The notes below the pieces were generated by a model. The model did not search any database, was not told the origin of the DNA, and saw nothing but the letters and a program-made list of their open reading frames with translations. The translations under genes were made by a program, and so were the position numbers. From NCBI GenBank assembly GCA_963823665.1, contig CAWGMQ010000008.1, positions 1,600,001 to 1,664,000 of the forward strand: a stretch of DNA of 64,000 nucleotides, written 5' to 3'. Shown piece by piece: positions 32,750 to 42,037 of the stretch; position 1 is the first letter of the stretch, and every line of letters begins with the position of its first letter. Source of the DNA: an uncultured Planctomycetota bacterium. Its GTDB lineage: Bacteria; Planctomycetota; Planctomycetia; Isosphaerales; Isosphaeraceae.

Positions 32750-35665
32750 TCATCGAGTTTGTGGTTTTTCGACCAGGATGTCACCAAGGTCCAGCGTTTC
32801 GCCGGGCTTGACGGTGAAGTCTTTGCGGATCTGCAAGCCTTTCTGGTCATTCGCTAGCGACCAGTCGACGATGCGGTACGGCGCGCGTGGGATCAGGTCA
32901 GGTAACGTGATTCTACCGTCGGAGTCGGTTACGGGGCCATGCGGGCGCACGTAGTGGTCTGGATCGATGCTGGCCACCCATGTCTCATCGGCTGCTAACT
33001 GGCTTCCTCTGTCGATTGAGCCGGTGTGAACCGATCCTGGAGTCATGATCAGCTTGAAATACGACCCCATCTCGAGCTTCTGGATTGGCTTGCCGTCGGG
33101 CCCGACGAACCGGGCCTTAGCCTGGCCGCAGGGCTCGAGGCGGACTGTCAGTTCCTCGCTGGCCTGCTTGCCCGAGATTTCCACCGCCGCGCCCCATCGG
33201 TGCTCGGCGTCGAGGAAATAAACCGGCGATTTCTTGTCGGGGTCGAATCCATGCAGCTCGAACCGGCCGTGATGAGCCTGAGTGTAGTTGTGCGTGAGCC
33301 ACACGAGGTTGATGGGGTCGAGCTGCTGGCGGCTGAGCATGACAGCGTCTCGCACCTCCTCGCCCGACGGACCGGACACACGGCCCCGCAGGGTCTTGCC
33401 GGGGTTCAGGGTGGAAGAGATCGTCAAGAACGAGTCACCGGCCTTGCATTCGTAGGCGATGATGTCGTGGGCGTATAATCGCCAGCCGCCGGGCTGACCG
33501 CTTGCATAGAGCTTTCCGCCGCTGATCTCCTGGGGAATAAAGTCGAGGGTGGGAGCCACGATCATCAGGTGTCCCTTGCCGGGCGGCACAGCGACTTGAA
33601 ACGCGCCATCGTCTTTGCTCCTCACGATGGCCTCAAAACCATCGATGATGTCGGGCGGTGGCTTGATGGGGACGAACTGGACGCTCGCCCCCGCGACTGG
33701 CCGGCCGGTCCCGTTCTCGGTCACCTTGCCGTGGATCAAGACGCCGCGCGGCAGTGTGAGGTCAAGTTCCTTCTTGACGGCTCCCTTTGTCCAGGCGAAT
33801 TCGTGCTCGCGGGCGAGATAGGGCTGGCCCTCAGGGGGAAAGGCTCGCATGCGAAAGTAATCGCCCGAGAAAGGGCTGATCTTGAACCGGCCTTCGTCAT
33901 CGGCCCGGAATTTGGTTGTGAACATCCCGCCAAAGGAGCCGAAGCTTGCTCGTACGGAGATCACGGCGCCCTTGATCGGCTGGAGGGTGTCGGCGGCCAG
34001 TGCGCGGCCTTCGATGATCTTCGCGGGATGGAGGGCCAGCGTGACTTCCTTCGAGTCGTCTCGATCCGCGGCCGGGAAGTCGAATCGCTGCTGTGCGAAG
34101 CGGGGGTCCTGGATGAACAGGATGACGGAGAGGCCGCGGCCGATGCCGGCGAGTGTGAATCGGCCCTTGGCGTCGCTCTTGACGCTCTTCGGCCAGGCGC
34201 GAAGCTCCTGCGGAGGAAGAGCCCAGGGGTAGCCGAAACCGAGGTAGAAGCTGTCGAAGTTTCCGGCGCCGGCCAGGGGCGAGACGCTCTGCACGCGATT
34301 GAAAGAGACATCCACTCCCGCGGCCGGCTCACCGCTCAGATCGACCAGCCGGCCGCGAATGAGCTGTTCCGGCCGGAGGCGCAACTCGAGCGCGGTCTCC
34401 CCGGCATCGGGGTGCACGCGGAGGCATCCGAAGCCGGAGCCCGGGCCCGCGGCGCCGGCCAGGGCGTACACCTCGAGGAAACGAGCCGACGAGACACCCG
34501 CCGCCTCGATGCGGAAGCGTCCATCGGCGTCAGTCGCCGCCTGGCCGAGCAACACGAAGGCATTCTTTTCCACGTCGGTTCCCGCGGCCGGAGTGCGAGA
34601 CACGCCGATCACGTCGATCGGCACGCCTGAGGCGGACTTGCCGGCCGGGTCGAGAACACGGCCGGTGAGCGTCATCCGGCCCGGCGTCGGAGTGTCGGGC
34701 ATTGGCGAACGAGGGCTGTGCGGTGCGGCGATCGGCAACGTTCCGGCCAATAAGGCGCTCATGCGTTCGTTCTCCGTCGCGAGCTGGCGATTGACGTAGC
34801 CTGCGCCGGTGGCGATGCTCCCAAGGAGGAACAGGGACAGCAGAGTGAGTTTGAGCTTGGTCGCCAGCATGGACCTCAGCACCTCCTGGGCCAGGACCGA
34901 GGCCAAGGGTGCGGCGGATTGGCCGGCGACGAACCGGATCGCGGCACGCGCGGTCATCTCGCACAGGTAGGATGAGACCGACGCCGAGGCGTAACGCGCG
35001 GAAAGGGCAGCGGCAATTCCAGCGGCGGGCAGGACGACACCGCGCCGGGTGAGCGCTCGCTTGAGCTTTTCGCGGGCGCGGGCCATCCGGCTGCGAAGTG
35101 TTCCGTGCGAGCAGCGGAGCCGGCGGGCGGCCTCGTGGACGGTGAGCCCTTCGAGGTAGCACAAGACGACGGGAAGCCGGAATGCACGGGGTAGACGCTC
35201 GATCTCGTTGTGCAGCAGCTCGGCTTGTTCGACGCTCAGGAAAACCTTCTCGGCTGAGGGGGCGGCGACGCGCGACGCAGCGTTTGACATCAGGGCGGCC
35301 TCCTCGTTCTTACGGCGACGATCGAGCTGGTGCCTGGCATGCCGGCAGGTGCGGAGAGCGACGCCGTAGAGCCAGTTCCCGAGCAAATCGGCATCGCGGA
35401 TCGAGTGTGCCTTTTGAGCCAGAATGACGAAAACCGCCTGGAATGCATCTTCAGCATGCTGGCGGTCGTGCAGCAACTCGGTGCAGACGCCAAGCACCAG
35501 CGGGCCGTGACGGAGCACGAGCGCGGCGAACGCGGACTCGGCGGCCGCGTCTCGTCGTGCGGTGAAGCGGTCGAGGAGCTGGCGGTCGGAGAGTCCGGCG
35601 ACGGAGCGGCCCTCGAAGAGGGCTTCGATCTGCCGGACCACCGAGCCGGATGCTATGGTCGACAT
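32750..35665 (-). CDS. ECF sigma-70 factor with TM helix and large C-terminal carboxypeptidase-regulatory-like repeats (copy 1)
   Basis: LSDRQLLDRF, AEDAFQAVF, WLYGVALR, LPVVLCYLEGLT, hydrophobic segment at ~aa 272-290, repeated GRV.D..G.P / TD.DGRF motifs. Confidence 0.92.
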   Translation of the reverse strand: MSTIASGSVVRQIEALFEGRSVAGLSDRQLLDRFTARRDAAAESAFAALVLRHGPLVLGVCTELLHDRQHAEDAFQAVFVILAQKAHSIRDADLLGNWLYGVALRTCRHARHQLDRRRKNEEAALMSNAASRVAAPSAEKVFLSVEQAELLHNEIERLPRAFRLPVVLCYLEGLTVHEAARRLRCSHGTLRSRMARAREKLKRALTRRGVVLPAAGIAAALSARYASASVSSYLCEMTARAAIRFVAGQSAAPLASVLAQEVLRSMLATKLKLTLLSLFLLGSIATGAGYVNRQLATENERMSALLAGTLPIAAPHSPRSPMPDTPTPGRMTLTGRVLDPAGKSASGVPIDVIGVSRTPAAGTDVEKNAFVLLGQAATDADGRFRIEAAGVSSARFLEVYALAGAAGPGSGFGCLRVHPDAGETALELRLRPEQLIRGRLVDLSGEPAAGVDVSFNRVQSVSPLAGAGNFDSFYLGFGYPWALPPQELRAWPKSVKSDAKGRFTLAGIGRGLSVILFIQDPRFAQQRFDFPAADRDDSKEVTLALHPAKIIEGRALAADTLQPIKGAVISVRASFGSFGGMFTTKFRADDEGRFKISPFSGDYFRMRAFPPEGQPYLAREHEFAWTKGAVKKELDLTLPRGVLIHGKVTENGTGRPVAGASVQFVPIKPPPDIIDGFEAIVRSKDDGAFQVAVPPGKGHLMIVAPTLDFIPQEISGGKLYASGQPGGWRLYAHDIIAYECKAGDSFLTISSTLNPGKTLRGRVSGPSGEEVRDAVMLSRQQLDPINLVWLTHNYTQAHHGRFELHGFDPDKKSPVYFLDAEHRWGAAVEISGKQASEELTVRLEPCGQAKARFVGPDGKPIQKLEMGSYFKLIMTPGSVHTGSIDRGSQLAADETWVASIDPDHYVRPHGPVTDSDGRITLPDLIPRAPYRIVDWSLANDQKGLQIRKDFTVKPGETLDLGDILVEKPQTR

Positions 35666-35711
35666 CGCCGCAGGCCTCCTCGACCCGTCGTGAATCTCTT
35701 TCTTACATCAG

Positions 35712-35741
35712 GTACTGCCTCGCTCTCGGATATCGTATCCC
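35712..35741 (-). promoter_or_regulatory. Conserved bipartite motif upstream of ECF copy 1
   Basis: GGGATAC-GATATCCGAGAGCGAGG-CAGTAC. Confidence 0.7.
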
Positions 35742-35800
35742 GGTTTGTGGGTGAAATCGCGGAGAGACTGTGCGAGAGACAAGAAAGGGGGGGCGAAGTC

Positions 35801-38698
35801 TTAGCGGCCTGACGGCTTCTCGATCAGGATGTCGCCCAAGTCGACAGTTTCGCCGGGCTTGACGGTGAAGCTCTTCCGGACTCGAGAGCCCGACGGACCG
35901 CCCACGAGGTCGACGATTCGATAGTTCGCACCGGGGATCAGAGCTGGGAATCTGATGCGGCCCTCGGGGTCGGACACAGGCGCTTTCGCGTAATTGATGG
36001 GATCAATGGCGAACAGCCGACCCACCTGGCCGCGGAGGCTGTTCGCGTCCGCGGGGGTGCGGCTTCCTGGGTCTCGATCCGGAATGATGATCGTGGAGAT
36101 CATGTACTCGTGGTGGTAGCCGGCGATCGGCCGGCCGTGAGCGTCGAGCAGGCGAGCTGTGGCCGCGCCGCAAGGCTCGAGGCGAATGGTGAGTGGTCCG
36201 CCGGCGGCGGACTTTCCCGAGAGCTGCGCCGTTGCGCCGAGCCTGCGCTTCGGGTCGAGGAAGTACACAGGAAGTACCCGGTCGGGGTCGAGGCCGTGCA
36301 GCTCGAACCCGCCATTGACGGCGTTGCCGTGATAGTTATCCCGCCAGATGCGCCATGCCGGGGCACTCTGACCGAGGATCTGCTGGCCGATGATCCAGAC
36401 GTCGTTGACAGGTTTCTCGTCCGGCCCGACGAAGCGGCCGGCAACCGTGATGCCACGGCGAAGAGTGACGCGGACTTCCAGTGCGAGCCCGCCCGGCTGT
36501 GGGTCGCAGGCAACGAAGCTGTGGGAATAGATACGCGTGCCACCTTGCTGGCCGCGAAAGAACTCGCGATTGCCGATTTCGCGAAGCACAAAATCTTCGG
36601 TTGGCGCGAGCACGGCAAGATGACCCGCTACCGGTGGTGCGGCAAGCTCGAACGAACCATCGGCGCCCGTCTCCGATTGGCCGTCGCTCTGGTAGGCTCC
36701 GCCGTCCGCGCGAGTGTGTGGCTTGAAGTGCACCGATGCACCCACCACGGGACGGTTCGATCCCTCCTCCGTTACCTTGCCACGAATGACGACACCCTTT
36801 GGAAGGACGAGGTCGATCGACTGCTCGATCGCGCCCTTGGGCCAATCAATTCGCTTCTGAGTGGCGAGGCAAAGTTGACCGAGAGGAGGTAAGGCGGTTA
36901 CGAAAAAAAGTTCGCCCGGCCAGGGGTTCGCGCGAAACCGGCCGTCGGCATCGGTTGTGAAGCTGGCTGACCGCGACCCGCGCTGCGCCTCGCCTGTGGA
37001 AGTGATTTCAACCCGTGCGTGCGGGACGGGTCTGCCGGAGTCGGCAAGAGTCACGCGGCCGGTGATGATCTGGGCGGGCTGGAGCGAGCTCGAAACGGCC
37101 TTTGCGCCACGCGCATCGTCCGTGGCGAGCTCGATCATCTGGGGAGCAAATCGCGGGTCGACGACGTTAAGCCGGATTTCGAGCCCGCGACCGACGCCAT
37201 GCACAGTAAACCGTCCGTCTGCGTCGGTCGTCGCGGGCTTGGGCCAGCCGGGAATGTCGTTGACGCGGGCCCACGAGAAGATCGGTCCTTCCGACGTGAT
37301 GCGACCGTCCAGTTGAGGTCCTGAGTCCGGAACGAGGACGCGCCGGATCCCGACGACGGACACCACGACGCCCTGGGCTGGCCGGCCGGTCAGGTCGAGC
37401 AGGCGGCCGTGGATAAGCTGTTCGGGCTCGAGCGAGATATCGCCCGCGGGCTGGTCTGCGTCAGGGTCGACATTGACCCAACCGGTGCCGTAGCCGGGGG
37501 CCAGCGCTACGACAGTGAATTCGTCACTCCGCGACGACGAGGTGCGAGGCGTGTCGAGCCGGAACCGACCGGATTCGTCGCCATTCGCATGCGCAATCAC
37601 AATCGCATAACGTCCTTCGTCACCGGCGCCAGGCCGCAAGAACTTGGGCCTGGCGGATGCGATCACCGTTGCACCCGGCACCGGTTTGCCCTGCGGATCG
37701 AGCACTCGGCCTACCACGAACATGCGGCCGGGTGCGGGCTTTGCGCTCGTGTCGTCCGGCTTCACCACGGCAGGTGTTTGCCGGGCAGGCTGAGGCGATT
37801 CGGGCGAGTTCCTCGCCAAAGCACGCGTCAGATAGCCAGCGCTTACGGCCACGGCGCCGACGAAAAGCATCGCCATCGAGACGAATTTCAGCTTGTGAAA
37901 GAGCATCGATCGAAGCACCTCCCGGGCGAGGACTGCTGCCAGCGGCGCGGCGGACGGGCCGACGGCGAAGGAAATCGCGGCACGCGCGGTTGTTTCGCAC
38001 AGATGGAATGAAACCGATGCCGAGGCGGAGCCCGGTGACAAAGCCGCGGCAAGTGCGGCTGCCGGCGCGATTATGCCGCGGCGAGTGAGGCCGCGCCTGA
38101 GCTTTTCGCGGGCGCGGACCAAGCGACTGTGGATCGTTCCTGCCGGGCAGCGGAGGCGCAGGGCGGCCTGGTCCAGCGTCAGGCCCTCGAAATAGCAAAG
38201 CACGACCGGGATGCGGAACACGCCGGGCAACTGCTCAATCTCGGCGTGCAGAGTTTCGGCATGTTCGTGGGCTATTGCCACCTGTTCGGCCGTGTTCGAT
38301 GTGCTGGCTTCTGGTTGGATCATGGTACGGTTCTCTTCGTTCTTACGCTGGCGGGCCAGACGGGCTCTGGCTTTGCGCGCGGTGCGAAGCGCGATTCCGT
38401 AGAGCCAGTTGCTGAGCAGGTCCGGATCGCGGATGGAGCGGGCACGGCTTGCCAGAACCAGGAAGACGGCCTGGAACGCGTCTTCGGCGTGCTGTCGATC
38501 GCCCAAGAGCCTGCGGCAGATGCCAAGGACCATCGGACCGTGCCGAGCGACCAGTGCGGCGAATGCGTCTTCGCCGGTCGAGTCGCGCTCGGTGATGAAA
38601 CGCTCGACGAGCTGGCGGTCGGAGAGGCCGGCGATGGTGCCGCTGTCGTAGAGCGACTCGATGTGCCGGACTATGGAATGAGTCGTTACGTTGGACAT
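35801..38698 (-). CDS. ECF sigma-70 factor with TM helix and large C-terminal extension (copy 2)
   Basis: Same architecture; sigma4 TLDQAALRLRCPAGTIHSRL. Confidence 0.92.
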   Translation of the reverse strand: MSNVTTHSIVRHIESLYDSGTIAGLSDRQLVERFITERDSTGEDAFAALVARHGPMVLGICRRLLGDRQHAEDAFQAVFLVLASRARSIRDPDLLSNWLYGIALRTARKARARLARQRKNEENRTMIQPEASTSNTAEQVAIAHEHAETLHAEIEQLPGVFRIPVVLCYFEGLTLDQAALRLRCPAGTIHSRLVRAREKLRRGLTRRGIIAPAAALAAALSPGSASASVSFHLCETTARAAISFAVGPSAAPLAAVLAREVLRSMLFHKLKFVSMAMLFVGAVAVSAGYLTRALARNSPESPQPARQTPAVVKPDDTSAKPAPGRMFVVGRVLDPQGKPVPGATVIASARPKFLRPGAGDEGRYAIVIAHANGDESGRFRLDTPRTSSSRSDEFTVVALAPGYGTGWVNVDPDADQPAGDISLEPEQLIHGRLLDLTGRPAQGVVVSVVGIRRVLVPDSGPQLDGRITSEGPIFSWARVNDIPGWPKPATTDADGRFTVHGVGRGLEIRLNVVDPRFAPQMIELATDDARGAKAVSSSLQPAQIITGRVTLADSGRPVPHARVEITSTGEAQRGSRSASFTTDADGRFRANPWPGELFFVTALPPLGQLCLATQKRIDWPKGAIEQSIDLVLPKGVVIRGKVTEEGSNRPVVGASVHFKPHTRADGGAYQSDGQSETGADGSFELAAPPVAGHLAVLAPTEDFVLREIGNREFFRGQQGGTRIYSHSFVACDPQPGGLALEVRVTLRRGITVAGRFVGPDEKPVNDVWIIGQQILGQSAPAWRIWRDNYHGNAVNGGFELHGLDPDRVLPVYFLDPKRRLGATAQLSGKSAAGGPLTIRLEPCGAATARLLDAHGRPIAGYHHEYMISTIIIPDRDPGSRTPADANSLRGQVGRLFAIDPINYAKAPVSDPEGRIRFPALIPGANYRIVDLVGGPSGSRVRKSFTVKPGETVDLGDILIEKPSGR

Positions 38699-38789
38699 TT
38701 CGCTCGCTCCGCGTCGCACTCTTCATCACTTTCCACCGCTTCTTCAAGCGGGTTTTCGCGATTCCGGGACACGGCGCTCCGCGCTCTGG

Positions 38790-38887
38790 CGAGCGCCGGC
38801 GCAGCTCGGCGGGAGCCTCGCACTCCCGAAATCATGAGCGAGCGCCGGCGCAGCTCGGCGGGAGCCTCGCCATCCCGAAATCATGAG
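38790..38887. repeat. 49-bp tandem duplication containing a GCTCGGCGGGAGCCTCGC repeat element
   Basis: Units at 38790 and 38839, nearly identical. Confidence 0.85.
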
Positions 38888-38897
38888 ACACCGCTGC

Positions 38898-38927
38898 ATA
38901 CTGCCCGGACAGTGGTCCATTTGTCCC
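38898..38927 (-). promoter_or_regulatory. Conserved bipartite motif upstream of ECF copy 2
   Basis: GGGACAA-ATGGACCACTGTCCGGG-CAGTAT. Confidence 0.65.
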
Positions 38928-39106
38928 ACTTTGTTTGGCAAGTCGCCAGAGAAAAGCGATTGACCGCCGAACGCGGCAGCCCGGAGTCGGGAGACGGAGC
39001 TCCCTCCTACAAACCAATCACGAAGGGGCAGGCGCTGTCGGGCGACGTTTCTAATTATCGCAGGTCATTTGAAAGTCAGTGATCCGCGGGTCATTCACGG
39101 CATCGC

Positions 39107-41929
39107 TTATCGCGATGGCTTCTCGATCAGAATGTCGCCGAGATCGAGCGTCTCACCGGACTTGACGGTGAAATCTCTACGCACCTGGACGCCTTTGTTT
39201 TCGTCGTTCACGGTCGACCAGTCGTTGATCCGATAGGTCGCACCGGGGATCAGGTCCGGAAGCGTGATCCGGCCGCCCTGGTCGGTGAACTGGCCATTCC
39301 AGTAGTGTTTGCGGTCGAGGTTGATGACGGCGGCCGCGTCGGCGGCGAGCTGTGCTTGTGCTTCGGCGGTTCTTGTCCGCGAAGAGGGGCCGCTGCTGCC
39401 GAGGATTTCGAGCTGGGGAGAGATTCTGGGGATCGGTTTGCCGTCTGGCGTGACGAAGCGAGCTTTTGCCTGGCCGCATGGCAGGAGCTGGACCTCGATG
39501 TCTTTGCCGGACTGCTTGCCCGAGAGATCGACGGTCGCGCCCCACTGATGATCGGCGTCGAGGAACGAGACGCGGGTGGGTTTTTCAGGATCGAGCCCGT
39601 GCAGCTCGAAGGATCCATCGCGGGCGTGAATTGTGAGATCGCCGCGCCAGTTGACGTGGAAGTAGTTGAAGTGAAGCAATGCGACGATCTCGGCCTTGTC
39701 GACTGTTTGACCGGCCGGACCGATCAGGCGCCCCTTGACGATCATGCCCGGGCGAAGCTCGGAATGGATCTCGTGCGGTGAATCACCGGCCTTGACTTCC
39801 CAGGGGATGATGTCGTGGGCGTAGTAGCGTTCTCCGCCGGGCTTGCCCGAATAGCGGATGCGTTCGCCGATCGCTTCGAGTACGTAGTCGGGAGTCGGGC
39901 CATAGACGAACAGATGCCCTTTTCCGGGAGGGACGACGATCTGATACGAGCCGTCATCCTTGGTGGTCACGACGTTTTGCCAGCCCTGGATCACGCCGGC
40001 CCTTGAACGAGCCGCGAGCCATTGCACGCTTGCGCCGGCGATCGAGCGGCCGGAACCTTGTTCGATCACCTTGCCGCAGAGCAACACACCGCGCGGGAGC
40101 TTCAAGTCTTGCGTCTTCTTGACCGTTCCCTTGGGGCAGGACACATCCTGCTCGATTGCGAGATAGGGACTGCCTTCTGGGGGAAACACTTCGGCACGGT
40201 AATGGGTGACTGGGCGAACGTTCGTTGTGTATTGTCCGTGCTCGTCGGTGCGGACGTGCACGCCCGAGGACATCGAGATCACCGTGCCGGGAATCGGTTC
40301 GCCCGTGTCGGCGGCGAGGACCTGGCCGTCGATGATGGTTGCGGGCTGGAGGGTCTGTGAAAACTCCTTCGGGCCATCGCGCGTATCGGTCTGGATGCGG
40401 AAGTTCTGGCCGGCGAAACGGCCGTCGCGGACGCTGACGGCCACCGTGACATCGCGACCGATTCCTGAGAGCGTGAGCCGGCCCTGGTCGTCGGTCGTTA
40501 CCGGACGAGGCCAGTTGCCTAGCGCGTCGGGTACGTGGGAGCTGCCAATGTTGACGCCGTCAAACGTGCCGATCTTGGTAGGACGGCCGACGCTCGAGAT
40601 CTGGAGCTTGACTTTGGGAATTGGCTGTCCGTTCACGTCGAATAGCTTGCCGCGAATGACCTGCTCAGGCAGGAGGCGGATCTCGACTGTGGGCGCGCCG
40701 GCATTGGCGTTGAGCTCGGCCCAGCCGAGGCCGAAGCCGGGTGCCGCGGCCAGGGCGTAAACTTCGAAGAACCGTGTGAACGAGGTGCGGGACGCTTCGA
40801 GGCTGAAGCGGCCGCCGGCCGTCGAGAGGCCGCGGCCGAGCACGCGATGGCGCTCCGGGTCGACCACGGTGCGTACCCAGGGCTCACGAGGGCGGCCGAT
40901 GATCTCGACCGGAACGCCGGCCATTTCCTTGCCGGAGGGATCGAGGATTCGGCCGGTGACAAACATTCGGCCGGGTGGTGGAGTTCGATCGATCGGCAGA
41001 GCCGCGTCAGCGCTTTTGGCGACAGGTCGTGTGATTTTCCGGTCCTGGGTCTGCGCCGCGGCCGGTGCCAGGCAGAACGCGCACGTGGCACCCGCGGCAA
41101 TCAACAGTAACGAGAGTGCGGTCAGCTTCAACGTGTTCACGAGCATGGATCGCAGCACCGCTTGCGCGAGAGGCGCAACTGAGAGGCCGGCAGCGAACTC
41201 AACCGCGGCGTGAGCGGTCGTTTCGCACAAGCGGGGCGCCACGGACGCGGAGGCTGCACGCGACCAGAGCGTGGCGGCCAGGGCGGCTGCGGGCAAGACG
41301 ATGTCGCGGCGGTTGAGGCCATGCTTGAGCTTTTCACGCGCGCGGGCCATCCGGCTGCGGATCGTGCCATGGGAGCAACCGAGGCGCCGGGCGGTCTCGT
41401 GAACGGTGAGTCCCTCGAGGTAACAGAGCACGACCGGGAGTCGGAATGCACGTGGCAATCGCTCGATCTCGTCGTGCAGCAACTCGGCCTGTTCGCAGGT
41501 CAGAACCGCCTGCTCGGCTGATGAGGCGGCGATGCTCGAAGCGGCACTGAAGACGGGCATGGCCACCTCGTTCCTGCGACGGCGGACGAGCTGGTGGCGG
41601 AGATGACGGCATGTGCGGATGGTGACACCATAGAGCCAGTTCCCGAGCAGGTCGAGATCGCGGATGGAGTGTGCCTTGCGAGCGAGCACCAGGAAAACAG
41701 CCTGGAAGGCATCTTCTGCGTCGTGGCTGTCGTGTAGAAACTCGTTGCAGACGCCGAGGACCAACGGGCCGTGCCGTCGTACCACGGCGGCGAACGCCGC
41801 CTCACCGGCTGCGTCTCGCCGCGCGGTAAAACGATCGAGGAGCTGGCGGTCGGACATGGCGGCGACTGAGGTCCCGTCGAAGAGCGACCCGATTTGCCGG
41901 ACGAACGAGTTTGTCGCTATTGATGTCAT
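39107..41929 (-). CDS. ECF sigma-70 factor with TM helix and large C-terminal extension (copy 3)
   Basis: Same architecture; start MTSIATNS chosen by alignment with the paralogs. Confidence 0.92.
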   Translation of the reverse strand: MTSIATNSFVRQIGSLFDGTSVAAMSDRQLLDRFTARRDAAGEAAFAAVVRRHGPLVLGVCNEFLHDSHDAEDAFQAVFLVLARKAHSIRDLDLLGNWLYGVTIRTCRHLRHQLVRRRRNEVAMPVFSAASSIAASSAEQAVLTCEQAELLHDEIERLPRAFRLPVVLCYLEGLTVHETARRLGCSHGTIRSRMARAREKLKHGLNRRDIVLPAAALAATLWSRAASASVAPRLCETTAHAAVEFAAGLSVAPLAQAVLRSMLVNTLKLTALSLLLIAAGATCAFCLAPAAAQTQDRKITRPVAKSADAALPIDRTPPPGRMFVTGRILDPSGKEMAGVPVEIIGRPREPWVRTVVDPERHRVLGRGLSTAGGRFSLEASRTSFTRFFEVYALAAAPGFGLGWAELNANAGAPTVEIRLLPEQVIRGKLFDVNGQPIPKVKLQISSVGRPTKIGTFDGVNIGSSHVPDALGNWPRPVTTDDQGRLTLSGIGRDVTVAVSVRDGRFAGQNFRIQTDTRDGPKEFSQTLQPATIIDGQVLAADTGEPIPGTVISMSSGVHVRTDEHGQYTTNVRPVTHYRAEVFPPEGSPYLAIEQDVSCPKGTVKKTQDLKLPRGVLLCGKVIEQGSGRSIAGASVQWLAARSRAGVIQGWQNVVTTKDDGSYQIVVPPGKGHLFVYGPTPDYVLEAIGERIRYSGKPGGERYYAHDIIPWEVKAGDSPHEIHSELRPGMIVKGRLIGPAGQTVDKAEIVALLHFNYFHVNWRGDLTIHARDGSFELHGLDPEKPTRVSFLDADHQWGATVDLSGKQSGKDIEVQLLPCGQAKARFVTPDGKPIPRISPQLEILGSSGPSSRTRTAEAQAQLAADAAAVINLDRKHYWNGQFTDQGGRITLPDLIPGATYRINDWSTVNDENKGVQVRRDFTVKSGETLDLGDILIEKPSR

Positions 41930-41971
41930 TTTCGCAGACTCCCTGCGCCGTGAATCATCGTACCACGGCAG

Positions 41972-42001
41972 GTACTGCCTCTCTCGAGAATAGCGTATCC
42001 C
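41972..42001 (-). promoter_or_regulatory. Conserved bipartite motif upstream of ECF copy 3
   Basis: GGGATAC-GCTATTCTCGAGAGAGG-CAGTAC. Confidence 0.7.
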
Positions 42002-42037
42002 GACTTTCCGAGTTTGGCGAGAATTAACGAGCGTCAT

